DNA of 64,000 nucleotides from contig CP154954.1 of the NCBI GenBank assembly GCA_039621445.1, positions 23,448,954-23,512,953 of the forward strand. The letters are read 5' to 3'. Below, one piece after another: positions 51,042 to 64,000 of the stretch. The translations under genes were made by a program, and so were the position numbers. The notes under the pieces are model-generated. The model saw only the letters and a list, made by a program, of their open reading frames with translations. It had not been told where the DNA came from and searched no databases. The stretch comes from Euglena gracilis (Eukaryota). The stretch's first letter is position 1. Every line of letters starts with the position of its first letter.

Positions 51042-52767
51042 TCCCTGGGAGGCAGGGAATGGCTGGGCCCCACCTCCGCCATACCGGGGGGAGGGGAGTC
51101 AGACCGGCAACAATTGCCGACGGGAAGAACTCTGCCCGGGGAAGTATTGGACGAAGCCTAAATTGCTGGGAAAATTTCCAAACACTCGCTGAAAACAGCC
51201 GGGGAAAAAATTCTGGACGACAAAACCTCGTCAACCACTTTTTCAGGGAAATACAAATGAATTTGAACACCAAATTCACAGCCGATGTTTTTGCGAATCC
51301 AAAAATCAATAAATTGGTGAAACCTAAACTCCAAATTGCAAAATAAAACAAAGAAGATGTTCTTTTGTTTTGAAGGAGCAATGCACCTTCTGAACAGACG
51401 ACTTGGAATTCCAAAACATCGGCGCGAGCGCCGAAGAAAATTTTTGGGGGGGTATTATTTGGGGGGGGGGTTTACCGTGGGGGACTTGAAAGGCCTTGAA
51501 AGACTTGAAAAATGTTGTGGGGAAAATTCTGGACGATTTTTGCCCAGGGGTTTTCCCGCCATTGTAAGGATCCGTCCAGATTTTTCCTAGAAAATTTAAG
51601 ACAAAACCAATTTCCTGCAGTAGACCCCCCGGCCGGGGTATTATTTTTTCGCCCGGCCTGAGGGGGGGGTATTATTTGGAGGGGGGTAATAGCAAACCAA
51701 AATTTTCGAAGTTCTTCGAAATCCCATAGCCAAAACAGTGCCAAAACCTCCTTTGGGGTCATTTTTTGTACTTTCTTATGAAATTTACGGTTTTTTGGAG
51801 GTCAGATGATACAGAAAAATCGATTTTTTTTGTACTTTGTTGTCAGAGGTTGTGATTTTCCCCTACATTTTCAGGTCAAAATCCGGGCCTTCGCCCGAAA
51901 CCGGGGGGGGGGTATTAACTGAGTCGACGAAGTCGGACCCCGAGGGGGGGGGTATTATTTGGGGGTAAGAGCGAAGCTTACCACCGGGGGAAAACCCCCC
52001 CTCCCCCCCCCTTCCCCCCCCTCGGGGCCACCTCGGGAACCGGCGGATTATCGCCGTGATCCCGGCCCGGTTCCGGATTTTTTTTTTCAGTCGCGAGCGA
52101 CTGGATTTCAGGTTTCCGAATCACCTGGGTTTGACCCCCAACTCCACGCCAGGCCCGAGTTATTCACGCGCGAAGGGGTCCAAACTGGGTAGGATTGCCC
52201 CCCCCCCCCCCCCCCCCCCTTTGGACTCTGCCATTTCGGCCAAAAAATGTCAATTTTCAAAATTTCTCCCAAATGAAGCAAAATGAAAGGAATTGTCCGG
52301 AGACCTAATTTGAAACCCTTGGAACGCCCCATCTACTGGTATTTTGATTTCCCCACAACTCCCCGCCACGCCCGAGATACGGCCGTTTTCGGCCAACGGG
52401 GCCTTTTTGTACACTTTTTCCATTGTCCGACTGGCCGTTTTCGGCCAAAATTCGGCCAAAAAATCAATATTTTCAAAATTTCTCAAAAATGAAGCAAAAT
52501 CAAAGGAAATGTCCGGAGACCTAATTTGAAGCCCTTGGAACGCTCCATCTAACGGCATTTTGATTTCCCCGCAACGGTTCGCGTAGCCCGAGATACGGCC
52601 GTTTTTCGGCCGATTTTGTACATTTTGTACACTTTTTCCACTGGTGGACTTAGCCGTTTTTTGGCTAATAAAATGGAGAAATATCGAAATATTTTTTTGC
52701 CCAAAACCATGCTTTTTGGCCTCCCGGACCAGGAAAAAGTGTTTCCGAGCCGAAAATGGGCCCGGCC

Positions 52768-53011
52768 CATCATGACCCATGATGGCCATGATGCACATCA
52801 TGACCCATGATGCGCATCATGACCCATGATGGCCATCATGACGCATGATGCCCATCATGACCCATGATGCGCATCATGACCGATGATGCCCATCATGACC
52901 CATGATGGCCATTATGACCCATGATGCCCATCATGACCCATGATGGCCATCATGGGTCATGATGGCCATCATAACCCATGATGCGCATCATGACCCATGA
53001 TGGCCATCATG
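52768..53011. repeat. Tandem array of ~21-bp quasi-palindromic units CATCATGACCCATGATG(G/C)(C/G) at the duplication junction
   Basis: About 12 units visible directly, one inverted (CATGGGTCATGATG near 52951); ends immediately before 53012. Confidence 0.9.
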
Positions 53012-54327
53012 AAAATACCTTTGTTACATACACCCCGTGTGTGCAACTCCCCTTGTTGCACACGTCCTTAGGCAACTTTTTGAAGAGGGCACCAAAACAC
53101 CTAGACATAGGAGGAGGCTCTGGAGCCTCCTCTAACATCGTTTGAGCTCTTGAAGCTTTCCAGGAGGCTGGAAAGCTTCCTCAAATGTCGCTTGAGGTCT
53201 GAGTCTGAATATTGCAAGCTTTGGCAAAATAAAAAAAAATAAAGGTCAGACAGCGACAGGAACTAGCCTTAAACTCCAAAAAATCAATGGCATACTGTGC
53301 AGCAGGAGCGCAAAGGGCAGAAACAGGATGCGAGTAGAGGTCATGCAGACAAAGAGGAAGGGATAAATGCAGCCTCAGGTCAGGCTCAGGCTCAGGCTGC
53401 GGATCGTGGCACACAACAAGGGCTGCGGCGTGGCTCATTAGAAGCCTTCAAAAAGAATGGGGTCAACTTGATACCCAGCTTGAAAATGCTCAAAGTCTCA
53501 AAAATTTGTCTGGAATGCACTCATGTCAGAAATCTGAGGTTGTGAATGTTTCAAAATTCACATCTTTTTCAATGTTGAAAAACAGACACATTTTAACCTT
53601 CCTTGTGATTACCAAACTGAACGACCATTTCCTTTCAATCACCGACAAAAATTCTTTTGATGTGTACAAAACATGCTTTTTGCTGATTATTTCTGGCACT
53701 GCAAACTTCTGAACGAAAATTTCAGGGGTTCCCTGTTCTTTTTTTGCAACCTTTTTGTGTCTTTCCTGCCCCGCTATTTGGGCCCCACCCTGTGGTGGAA
53801 TGTGTCAATAATAATATACAATGAAATTCAAATAATTATGGTATTTGATGAATTTACACCCATGTCCACAACTGAAGCATATTTGCAAAAAAAAAAAATT
53901 GCAAATATATGCGTGTTATGCGTGTGTATGTTATATATGTATATTACATAATCATGGTGTGTATGATTATTATTGGCTAAACATTCAATATGTATTATTA
54001 TGAATATGTATGTAATATACTGTGTGAAGAGTCTGTGTGCTGCAAAAAAAAACAGCACACAATACACACAAAAATTCCCATACAGCTCTATATGTGATAC
54101 ATACACATCTTTAAATACACTGGGGAGGTGCTGCAAAGCTGGCCAAAAAAAAATCGGGCAACAGCTGGGACGGGGGGTCTTCAAAACCTTAAAGAAATCT
54201 AAGGTGAGATCAGTTACACCTGTCAGTTAAACTCACAAAAGCCCAAATCAGTTGTGTGTTTCCCGATCAGATTGCTGCAGCATCCCATGTGCTCTCGTTC
54301 CCCAAGCAGCCCATCTTGGCACAGGCG

Positions 54328-57300
54328 TTATGGCACGCTGCTGGCACCGCGCCAGATGCGCACCGTCTTGTCATGAGAGCCAGCCACAGGGGGCCGCAGA
54401 GCAAGTGGCAGTGCAAATAGACCCACAGCAACACAGCGGTTTTTTTTTAATTCTGCACCGATATACATTCAGGACCAGCTTTTGATAGACTCTCCAGCCC
54501 CCCCCCCCCCATTCTACACCAAAGCATCAGCATGCTGCTTGTCGAGGCGCCCTGGCCCGACACAAACGACAGGCTGTCGGGGCAGACCGCGACGCTGGTG
54601 ACGTCCCCGGCGTGCCCTTTGGCCACGCCCAAGACCTCCCCTGCAGAGACACGGGGGACCGGCGCCGGCAGGGGCGGGCCAAAGGGACGGAGCCGGCGTG
54701 CCGCGAGGGGGCGCTGTGGGGAGGGGGAGCCACGCCGCTGTTGGCACCGCTGGGTGGCGCGTTGACCAGCGGCGAGGATGCTCTGCGCCACACACCCCGC
54801 AGCCATCGGGTTCTTTGCCGAGGGCAGCGGAGGGGGGTGGCAAGGGGCCACACCCGAGAACGGGCTCCAGATCCGCAGGGTGCGGTCGAAGCTGCCGGAC
54901 ACGACGTACGCCCCGCTGGGGGCGATGGCGACGCAACTGACGTCCCCGGCGTGCCCCTCCAGCACTGCCAGCAGCTCTCCTGAAACACCGACATGCAGAG
55001 AGACAGACAGGCAGACAGACAGCTAGCCAGGCAGCCAGGCAGCCAGGCAGCCAGGCAGACAGGCAGACATCCCATCAACAAAAAAAAAGCAAAAATATCC
55101 AGTTTCAAAAGAAAAAATCTGCTGTACGTTTCCACAAATATATGGTGCATCTGTACTGGAACGACCTTGACCTTGTTTGCCATGCACTGAAAATTGTTGC
55201 AGAGCCCCTGGGGGGTATTGGGACGTTGTGGGACATATTCTCATGGGTGCTAAGACTGGGCAATGTGCATACCAGTCTGTCGGTCCCAGACCCGGATGGT
55301 CTTGTCTTCCGACCCGGACACAATGTGCCGCCGCCGCCGCGCGATATTGCCACACAGGTGACGTAGTCGCTGTGACCTTGAAGCACGTGGGCCAGCTGCC
55401 CTGTGCGAGGGGATGCAGTGGTCCGCCAACTTCTGGAAACACTGGCTTCGGGTGGCGCGGATCGCCAAACCGATTTTTGCATTTATTTGACATTTTTTGG
55501 CTGTTTTGAAACCCACCTGAAAGGCCACAAAATTTAGGTTCAGAGGGGTGAGTGGCAGATTTGGGCCAAAACCTTCCGGACGTGGTTTTGCGCGGTTCTC
55601 CGTCTAAAAAATTTCCGATTGTGTGTGTGTGATTTGGGAATGCATTAGAACTAAGTATTAGAATTAACTCTCTGACCTCACAGCTGGTATACCCCCCTCC
55701 ATCCCTCTCCATTAATTGTGTCTCTGCAAACCCCGTCTCCCTCCCAACCCAACTCATAAAAGAAGGCCAAGCGTGCTCAAGCGTGACAAGTCAGCTGTTG
55801 GCCTCTTGAGCAGGTACTGTGCGTTTCATTTTAAGCGAGTGACCGCCTACGTCGTGTCTTGGTCCCCACCCAACCCCATGCCAGCTCCTCAATGGTGTTT
55901 TTAAATTAATGTCGGCCTGGTTAGGCGGTTAACCTCCTAAAACAGAATTGTTGGTGGATGCAAATATTTTGTGGGTGTTGGCTCATACTGGATGCTGCAA
56001 GTGCAGAGTTTCATCATACTAGTCAAGTTTGCTTTTGATTTTGGGCCATTTTAGACAGGAACCATTTTCTATCCAAGAGCGTTGGCGAAGGCAGGATATC
56101 ATCGGGTGGCTGCCCACGTCGTCAGGGAGTTCTCCAGCTACCATTGGCCATGGTGTTATTGTACCTCATTTCAGAGACCCCAGCAGGCGCTGACGTCTGG
56201 CCAATGCTGGTCAGACACAGGTGAGGAGTAGGGTAACACCACCAGGACGCCACCATGTTTTTATTCACTGCATACAGATTCCCGCCTACACTATTCGCCA
56301 AGCACTCACCACATTACACACACACAACAGGTGGATTCCCTCCTACAAATCATCAACTGTTTGTGTTATGGTAGGCGGTAATCCGCGTACCATTCTTTGT
56401 TTTCACTTTTAGACGGCAATCCGCGTACAAGTTTATTCTACGCGGATATGCACCTGAACAATTCATGCTGTTATCTGACACCTCTTGTTTCATTTTAGGC
56501 GGTTATCCGCGTACACTTGTAATATTCATTCGTTTCTCAAATACCGTTTAACACACAGTCACACCCATGTCACACCCATTCAAAATCAGTGTCCTTTCGA
56601 CCATTCCAAACTTCTTAGGTGTCCCGCCTAAACCGCGGGACACCTAAGGGTGGGCTGAAAAAGCAAAAGGGTTTGCGGACGATAGCGGAAGATGGGAATC
56701 CCCCTGGAATGACATGGTTTGTTTGCAAAATTTTGAAACTTTTCCACACTAGCCCAAAAATGGAAGAACGAGAAAAAAGGAGGTGCTTTGGGCATTTTGT
56801 CAGAATGTCAGCAAAACTGCTACTGTTCAAAGGGAAAATGCTGTAAAACTCTCTGAAAGAACCATTCAAAAGGCCTTGAAATTTTGAGAACTTGGAGGAA
56901 TCCTTCCGAAAACCCCCGAAATTTTTCGATTGCCACCACCAGCTGCTGAAATAGGCGCTTTTCTGTCCGTTTCTTGATTTATTTCTTTTTTCGCCAGCTA
57001 TCCCCGGAACCCTGGTTTTGGACCACCCACAGCGTTGGGCTCCAAGAGGAGGGGCCCGGGAGCTGCTTTCTTCCTTCTTGAAAAATTGACCTCAGCTTTC
57101 TGGCTGTTCATCAGGACAGTGGTTGAATTACACCTGTACCGCACCGCAGCCTGGCCTGGCAACTGACACATGCATTCCACAGCCGTCCCTGCAGACGACA
57201 CCTTCACCACTGGCCACGGGGGAACATGTCCACCTCATTGGAGAGGAGGGTGTCCCCCTCCTGCTCAAATGCCAGGCGGGTTTCCGCCTGCTTCGGTGCT

Positions 57301-60300
57301 TGCAGCCCCGGTACAGCAGCCGCAGCTTCCTTTCAGCCTGTCCGGCCCAAATTTCAAACATCATGTTGCCGTGCCTCACTGACACATCAGGTACGTCGGG
57401 ACACCGAGACATCACATTCACAACCCATCGGGACGACAACAAGCTCCAAGCAGTTTTCTGTTAACACTACATCTGGGCGAAACCAGTGGAAAAAAAGGCG
57501 GAGCAGGCCGATAACCGCTTACTGCCATAGTTCACAAACGTCTCAAACACCCCCTCCACCTCCCCCACACTTGTTCATTAACAACTTCACGTGATAACCG
57601 ACTTCTGGAGGTTTCAGCGTGTTCCCACCTCCTGCTCCCACGTGTCATTCACAAACACCCCCAACCCGACAGCACCATCCACCAAACAAAACAAATAAAA
57701 AACCAACAGATCCACCCATTCTTGGTAGCTGTGCATGAAGCTTTCTAGCCTTTCATGCATCCATGGACTCGGAGATCCACCTGCAAACCGTCTTACAAAA
57801 TCTTACAAAAAAAATGTCTTCTGCATCTGCGCCGCCTCAAACAAAAATTTATCCGTGTCTTTCTCGGTGGGGGTTTACAGGTGGGGAAAACGTGTTCAGT
57901 TTTGCGGAGCCCAGCTGAGGGAACTTGTGTGCTGACAAACTAAGATACGGTGAACTCAAACCGCATACTACTTCAGTTCACCTTGGCCCCAAGCTTCTCA
58001 AAGTTCTTGAAGTTGTGATGGCCGGAATGGTGTTGTACCATTTCCCACTTCCCCTGTTTTGAATAGCAGCATAGGCAACCATGCCTCACTCCCTGAGTCT
58101 CACTCCCGTGCTTTCCTGGTCCAACTGCCATCCTTCATAGCTGAATGATACGCTGCGGTGCACAGCCCAGGAGGAGGGGGGAATGCAGGGGTTCTCATAC
58201 ACCATTTAAAGCACCAGGGGCAAACACACACAACACAAACCTCAGCACAGAATCATCACTTCTTTAGGCGGTAAACCACCTAAACCATTTTTAACGTTAC
58301 TCCCAGTCCAGTCCCGGCAGCATCTCTTCTTCATGCAAACAAGAATTAAGCAGATAACTGCCCAACCCATCTCTATCACAAATTACAGCATCCTTTTGGT
58401 AGTTTTGTCTGTTTACCTCCCCCATCACTGGACCTCGGGACTCATGAGAGGTTCAAAAATGGGCGGGTTGCTTAGGCAGTTGCCTTTTCTTCACAGGTGA
58501 TACCATGACACTCCCCCTCCAGAGGGTGGGTCCGGCAGCATCGCGGCACAACCGGAGCTATGGAGGCCAGGTGTTCTCCGGCTGTTTTGTGTTTTTTTTC
58601 AAATTTTCAAGGCGTTCCGGGGGCGTGTTTCCCAACCCCCCCAAAACAGCCATAAATTTTCAAAATCAGCATTTTGCCAAAATGCCTAAAATTGACCTAA
58701 AATGACCCAAAATTTTCTATCAGCGTCACCTCCAAAAAATTTCAACCCCAAACAGTTGGGGTCGGCTAAGCGGAAACCCACCCACCTCAAACGCGCAGAA
58801 TTGGAAAAAAATGTCGGGCAATTCGCGCCGCCTTGGACTGGGTCAATCCCTGGCCATCTGTGCATTTTTTGACTTTGGATTGTTGTCTCCATCTTAACCC
58901 CCCCAAAAATAAAATCACCCCGGGGAATATTATTTGGTCAGCTGCAGTCCACCCTAAGGGGGAATATTACTTGGGGGGATACTATTTGGCAAAATTTTCA
59001 TAATTTTTGGTTTTAATTTCGATGCATTTCAGCTGCCCCCTTGCAGCCGCGGCTGTGCCACGCAAACCGGCGAATCCGGGGCCGCAATTTCCTGAGCCGA
59101 AGGCCGAGCCGTCACGGCCATTCGCGACCAGCACCGCAATTCACACGGCGCCGACACGCAGCCCGGCGCACCGGTGGACAGCCGCCACAGCCGCACGGTG
59201 CAGTCGTTGCTGCCGGAGGCGAGGAACGCCCCGTCGCCGGACACGGCCAGGCTGCGGACGTAGTCCGTGTGGCCCTGCAGCGTGGCCCGCAGCTCCCCTG
59301 TGGTGGGGGTGCCGGCAAGGCGGCGGCCGCCCTTTGTATGGCACGTGCGGCCCACCACACCGGTGGGGTGGGGACCCTCAAACCATTGCACTTCGCAGGG
59401 GGAAAATCTTTGGCGGCAGAAACAGATTTTGACCTCAAAACAGTCACTTCCGGGTTCTGCAGGATCTGGGGAGGGGCGAGCACTTGTTTCGGCCAACCCC
59501 TGTGGCAGAGCGGGCTCGTTCTGATTTTCCTCCTCCCCTCCCCACATGTGGTCCACCGCATGGAGGGAAGTGTGTCGATGTTGCCTCTCCCATCCTCCTC
59601 TCTGATTTGGTCTGAGTACAAAGCCTCCCTTTTTGAAAAGCGATATGTCAAGAAATGCTGCAAGAAGTTCCGATTTTTGGAGTCATAGGGGCTTTACCCA
59701 ACAGTTTTTTGACAAAATTACTTTTTGGGCAATAATAAGCTGAGCTACTGAAGATATTTTCAAAGATAGACCCAAAATGTCATTTATGGTGGAATATGAT
59801 GCATACCAATAAACTTCGGGTTGATGAAATTTTCGACCAAATACAGAACCCCCCCTGGGGGTCTCGAGCTTCCATCCAAATGGATGCTTTAAATTCCGGG
59901 GGGGGGGGAGTAAAATGGGCTCCTGGATGGGGGGCGCACCGCACAAGGAAAGAGGGACGACATAAGGCGAGGAAAGGGTATGGGGTGAGGCACCCCCTGC
60001 CCCGGTCCATAGGGCTGCTTTAAGCCGATGGGGGCTGGCAGCAGAAAACAGTGGTTGCGGTGGCCTCCTACACCCTTCAACATTGTTGGTAATTAAGCGT
60101 TTGCGGAGGTCTGGCGAAGATGAAATCGGTTTCCAAATAACACAAGATGTGAGGCACTCAAATAGCCCATGAATTCAAAGAACACTCAGCTCAGAAGCAG
60201 TGCGACAATGCGACTAATACCTGTGCGGCTGCTCCACAGGCGGATCGTCTCGTCGTACGAGCCAGAGAGAACAAATGCACTGTCTGGTGTGATGGCCACA

Positions 60301-63300
60301 CAGCTGACGTAGTGCGTGTGGCCGTGCAGGGCCAAGACCTCACGTCCTAAGAAGAAGCCGAGGATCCACCCACCCACAGGTTTCCATTGCCACATCGCGA
60401 AAAATCACGGTTTCATGGGTTCACACTTCAACAGTTTTCATTGCGATGGCGTGCACATATGTGTGAATATGTATGCATATATATGTATATATGCATATAT
60501 ATGTACATGTATATGTAAATATATGCATATATATGAACATACATATGTGTGTGCATATATGCATGATGCCCCCCCACACAGACCTGTCCCCAAATCCCAC
60601 AGCCGGACGGACTTGTCCCGGGAGCCGGTGACCACCAGCGTGCTGTTCCGGGAGATGGCCACCCCGGTCACCATGTGCTCATGGCCCTGCAGCACTGCCA
60701 GCTGCTCCCCTACACAACGCGACGCGCCAACACAGCGGCCCCGCTGCGGGGAGCAGGCCACACAAAAGGCACGCGAGGGGTTTCCATTCTGGCACCCCCT
60801 CCCAATCCTCCTGGGGCTGGCCCAAGCTTTCCCACGGATATATACACATTATCTGTTTGTATCAATCTTCAGAATTGGAAAGAGTCAAAAATACAGCAAG
60901 TGTGTCGGGCAAAGCGTCTGGAGCAGTCTGAAACGAATCTGTTCCGGCTGTGTGACAAACCAGTTTTGGGGAAGGTCTCCCCGGCTTCAGCGAGGTCTTC
61001 TTTGGCTCTGGGGCTTTGCTAAGGTGTGTGCAATTACTGCAATTGGAATGCGCCAAACTGGGACGGTTTTCTTCACCCACCAGCAGAGAGGTCGCAGCTG
61101 ACGGCACACCTGTCAAGCAACTCCAGACCCGGGCGGTTGTGTCCCGAGACCCGGAGACAATGTACTTGCCATCCGAGGAGACGGTGACTGCGGTCACGTA
61201 GTCCGTGTGGCCCTTGATAACATGGAGCTGGCTTCCTGAGGAGGATCCGGAAACTATATAGAAACATACCCCCCCAAATTTACTGTATAATGTCCCCCGG
61301 AAATTATATTTGGGGGGGATTTCAAGACCCTCGGGGGGGGGGTTATATTTTTGGGGGAAAATCAAACTTTTCAGGGCGGACTATACCAATTTCAACAGCC
61401 TTTAACTCTGGACAAATACCAATTTTTTACCAAATTTTCATTGTATACCTCTTATTTCCCCCCAAAAACTTGCAAGTTTTGTCCGGAAATGACGATTGCT
61501 GGTAGAAAGAAATGGTATATCCACCCGAATTTTTCTGCTTTCCTGAATGGCATCACCGGCGGGCTTTGTATTGGGGGGGGCTTTATATTTGGGGCTTTAT
61601 ACTTGGGAGGGTATAAATTTGGGGGGAAGTTTACATTGGCCAGTGAAGTCCTGACCACCATAAAATGGGCCATTGCCAATTTGGGATCAATGAACAGCTT
61701 GGCCATGTCCAAAATTAGAACACTGACGAGGCGTTTGTGCAGATAGGCGACTGCCGTGTCTGGTGCAAAAATACCACGCCCACCGCACAATTGCTCCGCC
61801 TGCTCTACGCCACGCCCGACACACCCGGGGGTGGGGCCGGAACGGGGGGCCCCGACTCCCGCCGTCGGTGGCTTTGCCCGGGGACAACCATCGGCAGTGG
61901 CAGCGGGGTGGCGGCGTACTCCGCCGCCGCCGTCGCCGGTGGCAATCCAGTGGGCTCGAAGAGGGCGGGCTCTGCCGCGGGGGCGGGGGCGGGGGCGGGG
62001 GCAGGGTTTTTTTTTTTAAAGACTGGGGGTCCACTCCCTGGGGGACCCACCAACTTTCCCCCCAAAATGGCCAAAAAAAAACGCGGAAAATGCTAAAAAA
62101 TAGCACCTTTTTCAAAAATTCTCGGCTCCTTCGCCGAAAAGTGTATCCCCCCCCGGGGACCCCCCCGGGGAGGGGGTGGCTCGGCTGGACCAACCCGCCC
62201 CACCCCTCCCTCCCCCTGTCCAAGACTAAAAAAAAACCCCTGGGCGGGAGGGCTGCTGCTGTCCGAGGAGGAGAGGGGCTGGACGGGCGGGGGCGGCGTG
62301 GAGGGGCGCAGCGGCGCGCGGGCGGGGGCGAGGACGGGCGCGAGGATCGGGGCGGGGGCGGGGGCGAGGGCCTGGCCGAGCAGGCGCGCCCAGTCGGGAC
62401 CAGGGGGCGGCCCAGACCCTCGAGGTCGGGGCAGGGCAGTGGGCGGGCTCCAAACCGTGACACCCTGCGGGACTGGGGAAGGCCATGCTGGTTGCCCACG
62501 CTGAGCCCCTTGGCAACCACCAAATGGCACGGCACACATGAAATCAAAATGCCTTCGACGATGGAATATTTTCACCCGTGTTCATCCAATCATGGCACAT
62601 TTTGGCCGCCTCTGGGAATGAGTGGGTAAACCCCAACTAATGTGTATACCCCCAGTCCTGAAAAGGAGCTGGACAGCAGACAGATACATCTTGAAATGAA
62701 AAGGAAAGAGCCCAATAGCTGACAGTTTTGATGCAGCTCGAAAGCTGCTTCTTGGCTCCTTGACTGACCCGATGCATCAATTGAAAACACACCTCTGGGT
62801 CGACTCCTTTGAGGCATACAAAAAAAAAACGTCGACTCCAGATTTCAAAATCCTCTTCTACGAAAATACTATCTGCGCCATGTGGGGGTGTGGTGACCCA
62901 CAAGACTGAAAATGTGAGATGCATTTTCTTGACTCTTTTGCCCAAGACGGAAAACTCATGGATGACTAAATTCACTAATGTCGCAGGCATTAATGTTTGT
63001 GTGAGAATAAAATCGAACCACCAACCAAACCACAAGAACACCTAAAAATCCAAGAACCTGTTTAGGGGATTTGAGTAAGAGACCACCTGCCAGCAAAGAA
63101 ACGCAAGATTTTGACATGAGGTGGTCCGCATTGACGGGGAGGGGATCGAATGTTAGACTGGGGCCGCCCTCTGCCTGGCTGGCGGGGCGGTGGGGATGGC
63201 AGACAGATCGGCCACCCCACCGGGGACAGACCGGCGGCGGCGTCCATCAGGGGCGGTGGAAATGTGAACTGGTGGCAGGGCAGCGTGGGGGACCCGCTTC

Positions 63301-63306
63301 ACAACA

Positions 63307-63346
<40 letters not shown>

Positions 63347-63429
63347 CACACCACACACACACACCACACACACACACCACACACACACACCACACACACA
63401 CACCACACACACACCACACACACACACAC

Positions 63430-63513
<84 letters not shown>

Positions 63514-64000
63514 ATGCACATACACACATGCACATCAATAGAAACAAAACAAACAAACACATACAACACAAACACACACACACACAAACACATACACATA
63601 CACCATACATACACCACATACACATACACATACACATACACATCCACACACATACACATCACACATACACTACACATACATCATACATGCACATATACAT
63701 ACATGCGCACGTGCACGCACACATAAATAACGCACAAACAGACAGACCGACAAACATAAGCAGCACACACGCACGCATACATGCAGGCACGCACAGACAC
63801 ACAGGGGCAATAAAACAATGCATTTCCCAAAACACATCCCAAAGAAGAACAAGCAAAGATGGTGGAAAACAAGCATTTTCCACTCACGGATTCTTTGACA
63901 GAGCCTGGAAGCTTTTGCTCACACATATGCTTGCATGAACTATGTACTCGCCGCTTGCATTAAAATGCTCAATGCACTTGTGCATCCCCTTCTGAAAATG
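54328..64000 (-). CDS. WD40-repeat protein copy 2 (5' part outside window); one exon frameshifted, so possible pseudogene or sequencing error
   Basis: Exons 61110-61235, 60584-60709, 60221-60346, 59172-59297, 55273-55400 (128 nt instead of 126), 54854-54979, 54558-54640, 54328-54381; near-identical to copy 1. Confidence 0.8.

Noticed and set aside
52768-53011. CRISPR-like array
   Set aside because: Units are directly adjacent with no unique spacers; eukaryotic context; no cas-like ORFs.

Overview
Intron-rich eukaryotic nuclear DNA, most likely a euglenid. That assignment is inferred from a mix of GT-AG/GC-AG introns and non-GT-AG stem-loop introns with CAG at +4..+6 and CTG at -8..-6. The minus strand carries three genes: (1) a >20-exon gene with two ankyrin-type modules (~30.1 kb down to the window start); (2) a WD40 gene with a Pro-rich N-terminus and seven WD repeats, mostly one per 126-nt phase-1 exon (36480 to ~51040); (3) a tandem ~17.8-kb duplicate of that WD40 locus (from 53012, running off the end) with a +2 frameshift in one exon. 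Introns are packed with microsatellites and non-autonomous TIR elements. Main observation: hAT-like MITEs (CAG...CTG termini, 8-bp target duplications) appear to act as nonconventional introns. The +4/-6 splice geometry removes 3+5=8 extra nt, exactly one TSD copy, so the coding sequence is restored. Several older nonconventional introns still show decayed 8-bp direct repeats in that register. All exon and intron calls come from manual reading of phase continuity and have no transcript support.
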